Notes: generated by a model from the sequence alone, not told the origin. DNA of 63,387 bases, filler included, from Craspedostauros australis (GCA_030167865.1; 12 parts of 12 records of this genome joined end to end with filler, not necessarily neighbours in it), one strand, 5' to 3'; shown: positions 23,799 to 36,302, numbered from the whole stretch's first letter. Program-made: numbers and translations.

Positions 23799-25628
23799 AT
23801 GCAGTATTTTACGGACGAACAACTCATTGATGCTGCCAGGGACGGTGACTTGTCAGTGTTGAAGGAATGGAAGAAACAGAACAAGACGCGGAATGAAGGA
23901 GTCGATGTCAACATGGTTACAGACTGGGCTGGTTGGACTCCCCTTCATTTGGCATGCCGCAAAGGCCACCTGGAGTGTGCGGAGTACCTCATCAAATCAT
24001 GTGGAGCGAACATCAGCTGCCAAAACAACGATGGTTACACCCCCCTTCATCATGCATGCGGCTATGGCCAGCTGGAGTGTGTGGAGTACCTCATCAGATC
24101 ATGTGGGGCTGACATCAACTGCAAAGACGACGATGGTGACACTCCCCTTCATCGGGCATGCTACAATGGCCACCTGGAGTGTGCGAAGTACCTCATCGAA
24201 TCATGCAGGGCCGACGCCAACTGCAAAGATGACAATGGTTGGACTCCCCTTCATCACGCATGCGACAACGGCGAACTGGAGTGTGCGAAGTACCTCATCG
24301 AATCATGCAGGGCCGACTTCAACTGCAAAGATGACAATGGTGACACTCCCCTTCATCGGGCATGCTACAACGGCCACCTGGAGTGTGCGAAGTACCTCAT
24401 CGAATCATGCAGGGCCGACGTCAACTGCAAAGATGACAATGGTGACACTCCCCTTCATCACGCATGCGACAACGGCGAACTGGAGTGTGTGAAGTACCTC
24501 ATCGAATCATGTGAGGCGGACATCAACTGCAAAAGCAACAATGGCGACACTCCCCTTCATAAGGCATGCTACAATGGCCACCTGGAGTGTATAGAGTACC
24601 TCATTGAATCATGTGAGGCGAACATCAATTGCGAAGATGACGATGGTGACGATGGTGACACTCCCCTTCATTTGGCATGCCGCACCGGCCAGCTGGAGTG
24701 TGTGAAGTACCTTGTTGCATCATGTGGAGCGAACATCAACTGCCAAGACAGCGATGGTGACACTCCCCTTCATCTTGCATGCCACAACGGCCACCTGGAG
24801 TGCGTGAAGTACCTCATCGAATCAGGTGGGGCTGACATCAACTGCAAAGACGACGATGGTGACACTCCCCTTCATCGGGCATGCTACAATGGCCACCTGG
24901 AGTGTGCGAAGTACCTCATCGAATCATGCAGGGCCGACGTCAACTGCAAAGATGACAATGGGTGGACTCCCCTTCATCGGGCATGCTACAACGGCGAACT
25001 GGAGTGTGCGAAGTACCTCATCGAATCATGCAGGGCCGACTTCAACTGCAAAGATGGCAATGGTCGGACTCCCCTTCATCGGGCATGCTACAACGGCCAC
25101 CTGGAGTATGCGAAGTACCTCATCGAATCATGTGAGGCGAACATCAACTGCAAAGACAACGATGGAAACACTCCCCTTCATTACGCATGCCGCACCGGCC
25201 ACCTGGAGTGTGTGAAGTACCTCATAGAATCATGTGAGGCGAACATCAACTGCCAAAACAACGATGGTGACACTCCCCTTCATCACGCATGCTTCAACGG
25301 CAACCTGGAGTGTATGGAGTCCCTCATCAAATCATGTGAGGCGAACATCAACTGCCAAAACAACAATGGTTCCACTCCCCTTCATGTGGCATGCCACAAC
25401 GGCAAGCTGGAGTGTATGGAGTCCCTCATCAGAGGACTTTCGCCTTCAGCTCACCCACAACTGCAACAACTGCAGCAACACTTACAACAAAACGAACAAG
25501 CAAATGAACAACCACAAGAACAGTTGAGACACCAGTTGAAGCGGAAGAAGCAAGAGAATGAACACAAACACAGTAGCCACAAGAGGACCAACGTCAGCAT
25601 TGGAGAAGACCGCCTCAGATCTTTCTAA
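23799..25628 (+). CDS. Ankyrin-repeat protein (N-cap + 15 repeats of 34 aa + Gln-rich coil)
   Basis: Repeats of GxTPLHxACxxGxLECxxYLIxSCxAxxNCxxxx. Confidence 0.92.
   Translation: MQYFTDEQLIDAARDGDLSVLKEWKKQNKTRNEGVDVNMVTDWAGWTPLHLACRKGHLECAEYLIKSCGANISCQNNDGYTPLHHACGYGQLECVEYLIRSCGADINCKDDDGDTPLHRACYNGHLECAKYLIESCRADANCKDDNGWTPLHHACDNGELECAKYLIESCRADFNCKDDNGDTPLHRACYNGHLECAKYLIESCRADVNCKDDNGDTPLHHACDNGELECVKYLIESCEADINCKSNNGDTPLHKACYNGHLECIEYLIESCEANINCEDDDGDDGDTPLHLACRTGQLECVKYLVASCGANINCQDSDGDTPLHLACHNGHLECVKYLIESGGADINCKDDDGDTPLHRACYNGHLECAKYLIESCRADVNCKDDNGWTPLHRACYNGELECAKYLIESCRADFNCKDGNGRTPLHRACYNGHLEYAKYLIESCEANINCKDNDGNTPLHYACRTGHLECVKYLIESCEANINCQNNDGDTPLHHACFNGNLECMESLIKSCEANINCQNNNGSTPLHVACHNGKLECMESLIRGLSPSAHPQLQQLQQHLQQNEQANEQPQEQLRHQLKRKKQENEHKHSSHKRTNVSIGEDRLRSF
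23931..25432 (+). repeat. 102-bp coding tandem array (15 near-identical ankyrin units, one with a 9-bp insertion)
   Basis: ACTCCCCTTCAT..GCATGC...CTGGAGTGT recurs every 102 nt. Confidence 0.92.
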
Positions 25629-26324
25629 ACTGGGAACAGGACAGACAACATCTTCTTGTGTGGACAGGACGACCAACAACAACCAATCAAGGCAAACTCC
25701 AGAGTCCTCATGGTCACCGTCCCATCCATTGAGACACTGATCAGCTCTGGAATCCAACACCAGCACGCGAATGATGGCCCTCAAGATAGAACTGAACCCA
25801 TCCAAACAACCATCCCTCTTCCCAACCTTCAACCAAACCATGTCTGATACGTCCTCCAATGCATCTACACAGGCGAGAAATCCTTCAATGACAGCGCTCG
25901 TGACAACGCCGCCGCTCATGTCGGCGCTCACTCCAACTCTCACCACGATACACATGCCTCTCACCAGTCAACTCCCATCCTCACTGGACAGGATGATCTG
26001 CAACAGCTGATCCTTGTGGCCAACGAGTTCGGCTTCTGGCGGCTCAGGCTTGTTCTGGAAATGGAGTTGGCCCACAAGCATCTCACAGAGGACACCACGA
26101 TAGATGCGTTGATATTCGCTGATCAACACAACTGTGTGGTGTCGAAGGATACAGCAATGAGAGTGGCAGCTGAAAGTGAGAAAGATATGTTCACCCATCC
26201 AGATTTCAGCAAGCTGATTCCGCATCATCAACTGATGGGAGGCGTTCATATCCTCCGCCAGACCAAACCATGCACATCAAACCATAACAGAAGTTTTCGA
26301 GAAGCGAACGCATGGCGGACTTGA
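25629..26324 (+). pseudogene. BTB/POZ (SPOP-like BTB+BACK) domain in frame with the ankyrin ORF but separated or interrupted by stops TAA 25626-28 and TGA 25845-47
   Basis: Same-frame translation: EDRLRSF*TGNRTDNIFLCG..IKANSRVL..IPLPNLQPNHV*YVLQCIYTG..LILVANEFGFWRLRLVLEMEL..IDALIFADQHNCVVSKDTA. Confidence 0.75.
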
Positions 26325-26793
26325 GTCGACGGATAAAAATAGTCGTCAGAATAGTCATTAGGATAGTAACTATGTGAAAGGAGGTGGAGCAATTCGTAGT
26401 CCATTCATTCAATGGTGCGTCCGGCATGCCTTCACGGTCGCCCTTGGTGATGCGCACCGCGTGCTGCTCCGTGCAGTCCCGTATCGTTCACAGCGCGGTC
26501 TGGCTGGGCCGCGAGATACGCATAATCTTCTGGGAATGAATTGCAGATGATCCCGGTTGGCGTATGGCACGCTGCTGTGCATCATCATTTGCCAATGCGA
26601 CATGACGAAGATGGTCTAGCCACCGCTGGCATCGTCGTGGTCGTCATTGCCGATCATATGGTTTCCACATTTGTTTGTTTCGTTGGTGTGGAAGGAGGTG
26701 CGTGGGAAACGATGGCAGACCCCGCGGGCATCATGCATGGCTTGTTGGACTCGAATCCAACTTGACGAGGTGGAGCGTATTGTGACATTTACC

Positions 26794-26825
<32 letters not shown>

Positions 26826-28190
26826 GGTGCATGATGTTGCGCAGGGCACAAGCGCATGCCAACAGCTGCATGGTTTTCGATATGGCGGACCAAGATGACG
26901 AGCCATGGGAGAAGTTGCCGATGTCATTGCACAGGATTTCAGTAATGGTGGATCCGGTGAGACAGTGCCTCTGTCTCATCGTTTGCGGTTTGTGGCGAAG
27001 ATGCATCTCTTTGAGCATCGGTATGAACAGGTGTGGCTGGTTGTGGCACGCGTTGTGGAAACTGAGGAACATTTCCAAACTGATGGCTCTGCAGGTCTCG
27101 GAAGAAGTCGCTGCGTTTGATCTCACGGATGTACCTGTCCAACATGTGTTGAATCTCCGTTTCCGACAACGCATCGTACGTTTCTGTGCGTGCGCGCGGC
27201 TGCTGATGACTTGAATCCAGACTGCACCATGGGCCATAACATGTCTTGCCATTCCTGTTGGTTCTGTTGTTGGCGCTGCGATTTCCCATGTCCCAAGCCC
27301 ATCTTTACTCCGGAGCAGTTGGTGTGATATCTTCCCTTCGGATGTTTCTGAGCGATGCGGCACGTTGGAGATCGCTGTTCGTCGCCGCTTGCCATTCATC
27401 ATCTGTATCAGCGTCATCATCGTCTCTTGCAATGGTCGCCTTCGTTGATTCTGGTTGGCGTACCATATTTTGCGCAGCCGCTGCTTGCTTGATTGCTTCA
27501 TTGCTTCATTGCTTCATTGCTTCATTGTTTCATTGCTTGACGGACAACGTCTCAGTGTTGGCTGATACCTCCATCAATGCAAACATAGTCAAGCCATTTC
27601 ATCTCTCTCTTGGTCTCTCTCTCGCTCTCTCTCGTTGTGTTGATGTTGTTTGATGGATCATGGGTGCAAAATCGAAGATTCGTTGGTTTGGGTGGTGTCA
27701 AGAATTGTTGGCGCGTTTGTTGAGTACTCGTCTGTCTGCCATCCGTTGTTCATTCAACCAGTGACGCACACAAACACTCACAACGAACATCACCAATGCG
27801 TTGTCTTCGTGCAATGCAATTCTCTCCCTTTCGAAGTAACCGAAGTCCCCTGTAAACTCGTTTCGAAAAAGAGCTGTGAGCCAATCGATTACTTAGGGGC
27901 GCCCACTGACGTGGCGCCCGATACTACGGAAGTTTTCCCATGGTATCAACAAACGAGTTTGTCCGGAACGGTGGTACCAAAACTGAGTCGGTCCGGTCCT
28001 TGTCGGCAGCATGCATGGATGAGACTCGATGCTCTGGACTTTTTTCAAAAATGCCAAGGCGCGCGCTTTTTGGAAATTGTCATTGCCGATNNNNNNNNNN
28101 NNNNNNNNNNNNNNNNNNNNNNNNNNNNNNNNNNTTAATTAATTAANNNNNNNNNNNNNNNNNNNNNNNNNNNNNNNNNNNNNNNNNNNN

Positions 28191-31090
28191 CTGCTGCTGC
28201 TACTGCTGTTACGGTACCAAACCTTTCATACCTTTCATACCTTTCAATCGCTCCATCGACATTCCTCCGAACCACAGCACGTCTCTGGAACGATCGGAGC
28301 CTCGGACAACACCGTGGGAGTCGTCGGCGTGGCACCTGGAGCCAATGTCTTCACCGTCCGAGTTTTCAACGACCGTGGAGTCTTCAGCTCGGACCTGATG
28401 AAGGCCGCGGCGGAGTGCCAAAACGCTGGTGCGGACATCATCAGCATGAGTCTCGGCGGAGGTGGTTCCAACAGTCGAGAACGTCAATTCTTCGAGAAGC
28501 TGTACAGCGAAGGCGTTCTGTCTGTGGCGGCTGCCGGAAACTCTGGATCGCAAGGCAACTCGGTCAACTATCCAGCGGCGTACGACATCGTCGTCAGCGT
28601 GGCAGCCGTGGACTCTTCCAAGCGACTGGCCAGCTTCTCAACTCGCAACAGCCGCGTCGATATCGCTGCACCAGGAGTCAACGTCCGCAGCACATGGAAT
28701 GATGGACGTTATGCCTCGATCAGCGGAACGAGCATGGTAAGTGCGGTACATGCTGCGAGTGATGATTGAAGATGACGAGACGAGACGAGACGAGACGACA
28801 ACGACAACGACAATGATGATACTTGAACGCTCGTCTTTCGGCGTGATCTCACTCTCTTGCAAGCATTCAATCGCTGCTCTTTTGGTTCTACTAAATCGTC
28901 TCATGAACACAGGCATGCCCACACGTGAGTGGTGTGGCCGCATTGCTCAAGAGCTACAACAAGGATTTGACCACCCAGGAGCTCTTTGAAGCCATGACGT
29001 CCACAGCGGAAGACCGTGGAGCCGCTGGCAAGGACAGTAGCTACGGAGAAGGCATCGTGGATGCGTTGGGCGCCATGAAAGTGGTAGCGGACAGCACCGA
29101 CAACGGCAACGGTGGAGGTGATGGCGGCGGTGACGAAACCAGCGGAGACGAGGATAACGGCGGTGGCGATGTCGCCTGCAAGGAGATCCGCGTGGACATC
29201 CAATTGGATCGCTTCCCAGGTGACATCACCCATTCTGTGAGAAACCGTGCCACCGACGCAGTGCTTTGGCTTGAGGATAACTACAGCCAATTCCAACGTG
29301 ACACGCAAACCGTGTGCGTCGATCCCACCTTGTGCTGGCGTTACGAGATGGTGGACAGCTACGGCGATGGTTTGGAGGGCAACAGAGAGCTCGTGTTGAC
29401 CTACGATGGAACCGTAGTGTACCGTGGCGGAAACTTCGGCACCGGAGGCGTCCGTGACTTTGGAGAAGGTTGTGGCAGCAACTAGATCCATGATCGCAGC
29501 ACGCAGGTCCAGCAAAGTGGTGGTTACAGAGCGCGAGCGCAGCAGATGAATCCAGCTCCTCTCCATTTCTGCCAACGCAATTGAACAACAACAGGACAGC
29601 TGAGCACAGACGATGTCTCACCATACACGCTGGCTGGAACCGGTGTTAGAACCGACGGAAAGAATATACCACAGCTGACGACGCCATCCTTACCCGAAGC
29701 GATGAAGTTACGCAGAGCATCGACAGACAGAGACGCGATGATGAATGGGCGAAGGGGTAGGTTGCCATGGCGCGCAGTTGCTCAAGACAAAGAAAAGTAT
29801 GACGCACCACAAGATAGCAGATATGGCAGAGTAGAGGAGAGGAGAGAAGAGTGCTCTCCATACTCGGCCGTTGCTGTAATGATTATAAGCAAGATCAATC
29901 ATACAATATAATATTATACAACAGAAGAATGGTGGAACATGGCGGAAGTAGAGAAACTCGTGGAACAAATGAATCCAGTTTCACGAAAAGGGCTTGTGGC
30001 TGAAGGATCCGCGACACTCCTTGACACTCTTTGACACCAAGTTGACTGTGGCTGGTATCTTCCAAACGTGCGCCTCCTGATTGGGAAACTGGATCATCGA
30101 ACAAACAGGAATGATGAGAATTCAGGAAGATGACAACGTGAGGGGAAGATGTGAGCGCGGTCATGGGCCGGCCGGGAGATGGGAGTCCTTCCGGGAAGCC
30201 ATCGAATTGCACGCTCTGCTCGTCCTCTTCCCCGACGTATGAGCTTCGATGCGCTGGAGAAGACCACTGATCAGGAAATCACGGCGACATGATACTCGAA
30301 AGTCGCTGTGTCTACGAAGGTTGCGCGATTGGAATATTGGAGAGTGAGGAAGTAAGTTCATGAATGCGCACGTACAATACTCTTGAACACAAGGTGGGGA
30401 TCGAACACTGCATTCGGGGGCCTGCGACAGTTGCTTAGTTAGAAATGTGCACAACTCCAACTTTATTTGAGTAGCTACAACGGCCTCCTGCAGCGGACTC
30501 TACCTACATTACTCCCGGTTAGGACACTACCTTCGTCCCAACTGTCTTTGATTCGGAACTGTGGTCGCACCATGCTCGTGGACCAACTTGCGCAAGGTCT
30601 TCGTATAATACTTCACAAGAAAGGATCGATTGGATACCAAAACTCCGTGTGCGTCCATGATCAACGCCGGCTCATGGGAAATCGACTGTACTGCGTGGGC
30701 ACATGGATCATGCTCGTGCCCTGGTTCTGTTCGTGATAGCGGGTTCGATCCGTGGGCATCGACCACGCGCGCCTGCAGTATTCGTTGCAACGGTGGCTGG
30801 AGAAGAAGGAGCTGATGCCCGTGCGACCAAGATCGGTGGGACCGTAGGCGCCCTGCGTTCTGGAGATGATGACGGGATCCGTGAGGACGATGCCGTTGGA
30901 GTAGGATCCGCCCTGCAGATCGCAGAGCAGGCACTGACCACCGGTGATGTGGTAGGAGAAATGGGACAGCGCCTGCATTGCGCGTCCCCAGGCGATGCCG
31001 GTCTCGTTCCAGCCGCTGTTGGAGTTGAATTTCTCGTAGTTCTCGATGAACGGCTCCACAAGCAGCTTTGCGCCAGCTTCCTCACCGTCT
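28191..31090. repeat. Inverted duplicate of 31838-34737 (contig overlap)
   Basis: Position p pairs with 62928-p. ORF sets are identical, and each copy begins at a contig edge. Confidence 0.95.
28278..29485 (+). CDS. Subtilisin (S8) exons 2-3, redundant assembly copy (28278-28736, 28913-29485)
   Basis: HVSGTIGA, AAAGN and SGTSM|ACPHVSG. Reverse complement of 33443-34650. Confidence 0.85.
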
Positions 31091-31389
31091 GTCAACTCCC
31101 AAACTCCTGGAGTGTTGACCATGACCATCTTGTCAATGAAGCTCTTTTCATTCCATTTCTCGATGATGTTGATGGCCTTGTCGACTGTCTTGATATCCGT
31201 GTCGAAGTAATGCGCCTCATAGACACTGCTGGTCTTGAACTTCTTGGCAACGCACTCTTCTCCTGCGCGTGGGCCACTCGTGTAGTTGCCCTTGTAGACG
31301 TAGCGGAATGCACCCTCGTCGAATATCTGGTGCATGGATACTTTCGCATTGGCCGAGTTATTCTTTCGGGAGGTGTTTCCTGACGGCAT
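30661..31389 (-). CDS. Stand-alone alpha-kinase (eEF2K/MHCK family), ~242 aa
   Basis: FDEGAFRYVYKG, CVAKKFK, VEPFIENYEKFNSNSG, QALSHFSY, LLCDLQG, LTDPVI, GPTDLG and the HRCNEYC zinc site. Confidence 0.92.
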   Translation of the reverse strand: MPSGNTSRKNNSANAKVSMHQIFDEGAFRYVYKGNYTSGPRAGEECVAKKFKTSSVYEAHYFDTDIKTVDKAINIIEKWNEKSFIDKMVMVNTPGVWELTDGEEAGAKLLVEPFIENYEKFNSNSGWNETGIAWGRAMQALSHFSYHITGGQCLLCDLQGGSYSNGIVLTDPVIISRTQGAYGPTDLGRTGISSFFSSHRCNEYCRRAWSMPTDRTRYHEQNQGTSMIHVPTQYSRFPMSRR

Positions 31390-31837
31390 GGTTGTTGGCG
31401 CGTCCTGCTCTCTGTTTGTGTCTCTGTGTGTTGTGTGTTTTGTCTGCGATTCTGAGATGATGAAATTGGAGACTTCCTGTGTGTGCACCATACAATCACG
31501 TATGGATCAAAGCAGCTGCGTGGAGTGGGTGTTCTTGCTTCTGCTCCGATGAGATTGTGGACATCAGCACGAGTGTCGATGTGAGTGATACTTCACATGT
31601 TGGATCTTTTCTTCCCTTCGATTGTTGTTGTTTCGTGTTCAGATTTTGTGGAGGACTTCTCATTCTGAATTTTCGACTTGATCGACCTAAGCATTTCAAG
31701 AGTACTGAGAATGTGTGCTGTACAGCATCCATGACTGNNNNNNNNNNNNNNNNNNNNNNNNNNNNNNNNNNNNNNNNNNNNTTAATTAATTAANNNNNNN
31801 NNNNNNNNNNNNNNNNNNNNNNNNNNNNNNNNNNNNN

Positions 31838-32267
31838 AGACGGTGAGGAAGCTGGCGCAAAGCTGCTTGTGGAGCCGTTCATCGAGAACTACGAGAAATT
31901 CAACTCCAACAGCGGCTGGAACGAGACCGGCATCGCCTGGGGACGCGCAATGCAGGCGCTGTCCCATTTCTCCTACCACATCACCGGTGGTCAGTGCCTG
32001 CTCTGCGATCTGCAGGGCGGATCCTACTCCAACGGCATCGTCCTCACGGATCCCGTCATCATCTCCAGAACGCAGGGCGCCTACGGTCCCACCGATCTTG
32101 GTCGCACGGGCATCAGCTCCTTCTTCTCCAGCCACCGTTGCAACGAATACTGCAGGCGCGCGTGGTCGATGCCCACGGATCGAACCCGCTATCACGAACA
32201 GAACCAGGGCACGAGCATGATCCATGTGCCCACGCAGTACAGTCGATTTCCCATGAGCCGGCGTTGA
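31838..32267 (+). CDS. Alpha-kinase 3' fragment, redundant assembly copy
   Basis: Identical to the C-terminal half of 30661-31389. Confidence 0.85.
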
Positions 32268-33442
32268 TCATGGACGCACACGGAGTTTTGGTATCCAATC
32301 GATCCTTTCTTGTGAAGTATTATACGAAGACCTTGCGCAAGTTGGTCCACGAGCATGGTGCGACCACAGTTCCGAATCAAAGACAGTTGGGACGAAGGTA
32401 GTGTCCTAACCGGGAGTAATGTAGGTAGAGTCCGCTGCAGGAGGCCGTTGTAGCTACTCAAATAAAGTTGGAGTTGTGCACATTTCTAACTAAGCAACTG
32501 TCGCAGGCCCCCGAATGCAGTGTTCGATCCCCACCTTGTGTTCAAGAGTATTGTACGTGCGCATTCATGAACTTACTTCCTCACTCTCCAATATTCCAAT
32601 CGCGCAACCTTCGTAGACACAGCGACTTTCGAGTATCATGTCGCCGTGATTTCCTGATCAGTGGTCTTCTCCAGCGCATCGAAGCTCATACGTCGGGGAA
32701 GAGGACGAGCAGAGCGTGCAATTCGATGGCTTCCCGGAAGGACTCCCATCTCCCGGCCGGCCCATGACCGCGCTCACATCTTCCCCTCACGTTGTCATCT
32801 TCCTGAATTCTCATCATTCCTGTTTGTTCGATGATCCAGTTTCCCAATCAGGAGGCGCACGTTTGGAAGATACCAGCCACAGTCAACTTGGTGTCAAAGA
32901 GTGTCAAGGAGTGTCGCGGATCCTTCAGCCACAAGCCCTTTTCGTGAAACTGGATTCATTTGTTCCACGAGTTTCTCTACTTCCGCCATGTTCCACCATT
33001 CTTCTGTTGTATAATATTATATTGTATGATTGATCTTGCTTATAATCATTACAGCAACGGCCGAGTATGGAGAGCACTCTTCTCTCCTCTCCTCTACTCT
33101 GCCATATCTGCTATCTTGTGGTGCGTCATACTTTTCTTTGTCTTGAGCAACTGCGCGCCATGGCAACCTACCCCTTCGCCCATTCATCATCGCGTCTCTG
33201 TCTGTCGATGCTCTGCGTAACTTCATCGCTTCGGGTAAGGATGGCGTCGTCAGCTGTGGTATATTCTTTCCGTCGGTTCTAACACCGGTTCCAGCCAGCG
33301 TGTATGGTGAGACATCGTCTGTGCTCAGCTGTCCTGTTGTTGTTCAATTGCGTTGGCAGAAATGGAGAGGAGCTGGATTCATCTGCTGCGCTCGCGCTCT
33401 GTAACCACCACTTTGCTGGACCTGCGTGCTGCGATCATGGAT

Positions 33443-35744
33443 CTAGTTGCTGCCACAACCTTCTCCAAAGTCACGGACGCCTCCGGTGCCGAAGTTTCCG
33501 CCACGGTACACTACGGTTCCATCGTAGGTCAACACGAGCTCTCTGTTGCCCTCCAAACCATCGCCGTAGCTGTCCACCATCTCGTAACGCCAGCACAAGG
33601 TGGGATCGACGCACACGGTTTGCGTGTCACGTTGGAATTGGCTGTAGTTATCCTCAAGCCAAAGCACTGCGTCGGTGGCACGGTTTCTCACAGAATGGGT
33701 GATGTCACCTGGGAAGCGATCCAATTGGATGTCCACGCGGATCTCCTTGCAGGCGACATCGCCACCGCCGTTATCCTCGTCTCCGCTGGTTTCGTCACCG
33801 CCGCCATCACCTCCACCGTTGCCGTTGTCGGTGCTGTCCGCTACCACTTTCATGGCGCCCAACGCATCCACGATGCCTTCTCCGTAGCTACTGTCCTTGC
33901 CAGCGGCTCCACGGTCTTCCGCTGTGGACGTCATGGCTTCAAAGAGCTCCTGGGTGGTCAAATCCTTGTTGTAGCTCTTGAGCAATGCGGCCACACCACT
34001 CACGTGTGGGCATGCCTGTGTTCATGAGACGATTTAGTAGAACCAAAAGAGCAGCGATTGAATGCTTGCAAGAGAGTGAGATCACGCCGAAAGACGAGCG
34101 TTCAAGTATCATCATTGTCGTTGTCGTTGTCGTCTCGTCTCGTCTCGTCTCGTCATCTTCAATCATCACTCGCAGCATGTACCGCACTTACCATGCTCGT
34201 TCCGCTGATCGAGGCATAACGTCCATCATTCCATGTGCTGCGGACGTTGACTCCTGGTGCAGCGATATCGACGCGGCTGTTGCGAGTTGAGAAGCTGGCC
34301 AGTCGCTTGGAAGAGTCCACGGCTGCCACGCTGACGACGATGTCGTACGCCGCTGGATAGTTGACCGAGTTGCCTTGCGATCCAGAGTTTCCGGCAGCCG
34401 CCACAGACAGAACGCCTTCGCTGTACAGCTTCTCGAAGAATTGACGTTCTCGACTGTTGGAACCACCTCCGCCGAGACTCATGCTGATGATGTCCGCACC
34501 AGCGTTTTGGCACTCCGCCGCGGCCTTCATCAGGTCCGAGCTGAAGACTCCACGGTCGTTGAAAACTCGGACGGTGAAGACATTGGCTCCAGGTGCCACG
34601 CCGACGACTCCCACGGTGTTGTCCGAGGCTCCGATCGTTCCAGAGACGTGCTGTGGTTCGGAGGAATGTCGATGGAGCGATTGAAAGGTATGAAAGGTAT
34701 GAAAGGTTTGGTACCGTAACAGCAGTAGCAGCAGCAGTAGCGATAGGATGGATTGCAGAGAGTACGGTACATAAAGATGATGAGAGTTGTGGAATGAACA
34801 GCGGCACCAATATTGAATGACGAAGTCATGTCCTGGCCATGTCTCAATACCATGTCGAAGAGATGCTGCATTGTCACATCGACCGATTCAACCTCAAATG
34901 CACGTACCGTTCCGTGCCCGTTGCCATCGACGTCCCACGGTGTCACAGCTTCTCTGCCGTTGTATCCAGTCAAGCGTTCGATGTCGAAGTCTTCATGATC
35001 GCTCACGATTCCAGTGTCCAGCACGCAAACCGTCACGCCTTCTCCCTTGGTCTTGTACTGCTCCCACACCAACGGGGCGTTGACCATGTCGATTCCGTAC
35101 GGTCTCCTTTGGCTTCCGACTTGGAGGTTGCGACCGCCAGCATGATTGTCCGCATCGGCACCCTCCACAACCACGGAATCATGGATGTACAGCGGCTCGC
35201 GGACCAAATCCTCGTAGTAGTCGTACCCGTTGAGTACGGGCATGTCCGACAAGCTCAAGGACAACGCCACGGCATCGATGGTATCAAGGTCGTGGACGAT
35301 GCTGATGCTGTTGTTCGTGTCGACGCCAGCGTCGGCAGTCAGGGCCTCGATATCCTTGATGCATTGCTCATGAGAGACGCCCGATGGGCACATGACGACG
35401 ACGCGGACAAGGTCTTCATCGACGACCACAGCATCATCGCCAGTCGCGCCGGCGCCGACATCATGCACCGGGTCCTCAGTTTCATCCTCGTTGCCAAGGA
35501 CGTGGAAGGAGACGTCCGTGTCGGTGCCACCGTTGGATGCGGCCAATCCGCGAAGCTTCTTCGCGCCACCGGAGGCACCATCGGCGCCCCTGTTGGTCGT
35601 TCCACGGCCGTCTTCAGCACGAAGAGCGCGGTTGCTGCTGCTCTCGATGGCATCGCCAGCATGCTTGTGGGCGAAAGCTGGCGGAGTCGAGATGAGCGTC
35701 GACAAGACGAAGAGGTTGAAGATGGGGCGGGAAAGCTTGAACAT
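33443..35744 (-). CDS. Secreted subtilisin-like serine protease (S8), 3 exons (35744-34908, 34650-34192, 34015-33443), ~622 aa
   Basis: Signal peptide, propeptide ending RNLQ, and catalytic D (VLDTG), H (NGHGT|HVSG) and S (GTSM|ACPH). Both phase-0 GT-AG introns restore the frame. Confidence 0.93.
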
Positions 35745-36302
35745 GATGTTGAAGGTAGGTTGATATGGTTTGGTGGGATGGGATGGTTTTCTTGATCGGT
35801 GAAGTTCCAAATTGTGAGCACTTCATGTTTGTCATTTCGGATCATCCATGCGATTCGCGCCGAACGCCATAATAGCACGATGTTACATTGTTGCAGCCGT
35901 GTAAAGTGAATAGTGGTTGCATACGAGTAGTACTTCAAGAAGAAGTCACAGTGGCGACACTTGCAACTCTCACTCTCCATTGTCTGTTGTCTATTGTCCA
36001 TTGGAACTGTCTCGTCTACAATTCTTCCTGTCGGACTTCCACACTTCTGCACTTCCGTATCTTTGGCTTGCGATTCTGCGCATGCTCATTTTCTGCTATT
36101 CGTTGACGTGGAATGTTGTGTTCCAGCATACCGCAGCATACGGAGCAGAGGAATGTCTGCTATGGCTGTTCCGACATGCGTACGAAGACGAAGATGGAAT
36201 AGNNNNNNNNNNNNNNNNNNNNNNNNNNNNNNNNNNNNNNNNNNNNTTAATTAATTAANNNNNNNNNNNNNNNNNNNNNNNNNNNNNNNNNNNNNNNNNN
36301 NN

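Noticed and set aside
23931..25432. Regular repeats with variable interiors resembling a CRISPR array
   Set aside because: They are in-frame 102-bp ankyrin coding units with no unique spacers and no cas genes, in a eukaryotic context.
25626..25847. Alternative genetic code (stop reassignment) as an explanation of the in-frame stops
   Set aside because: TAA, TAG and TGA all terminate well-supported genes elsewhere in the window.
28191..34737. 2.9-kb inverted duplication of subtilisin + alpha-kinase (apparent palindromic amplification)
   Set aside because: Each copy is truncated at a contig end, and merging the two contigs yields one complete copy of each gene; assembly overlap.
12682..36202. 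Apparent gene cluster of synthetase, Cys-repeat protein, ankyrin protein, protease and kinase
   Set aside because: The genes sit on different contigs separated by artificial spacers, so linkage and orientation are unverified.
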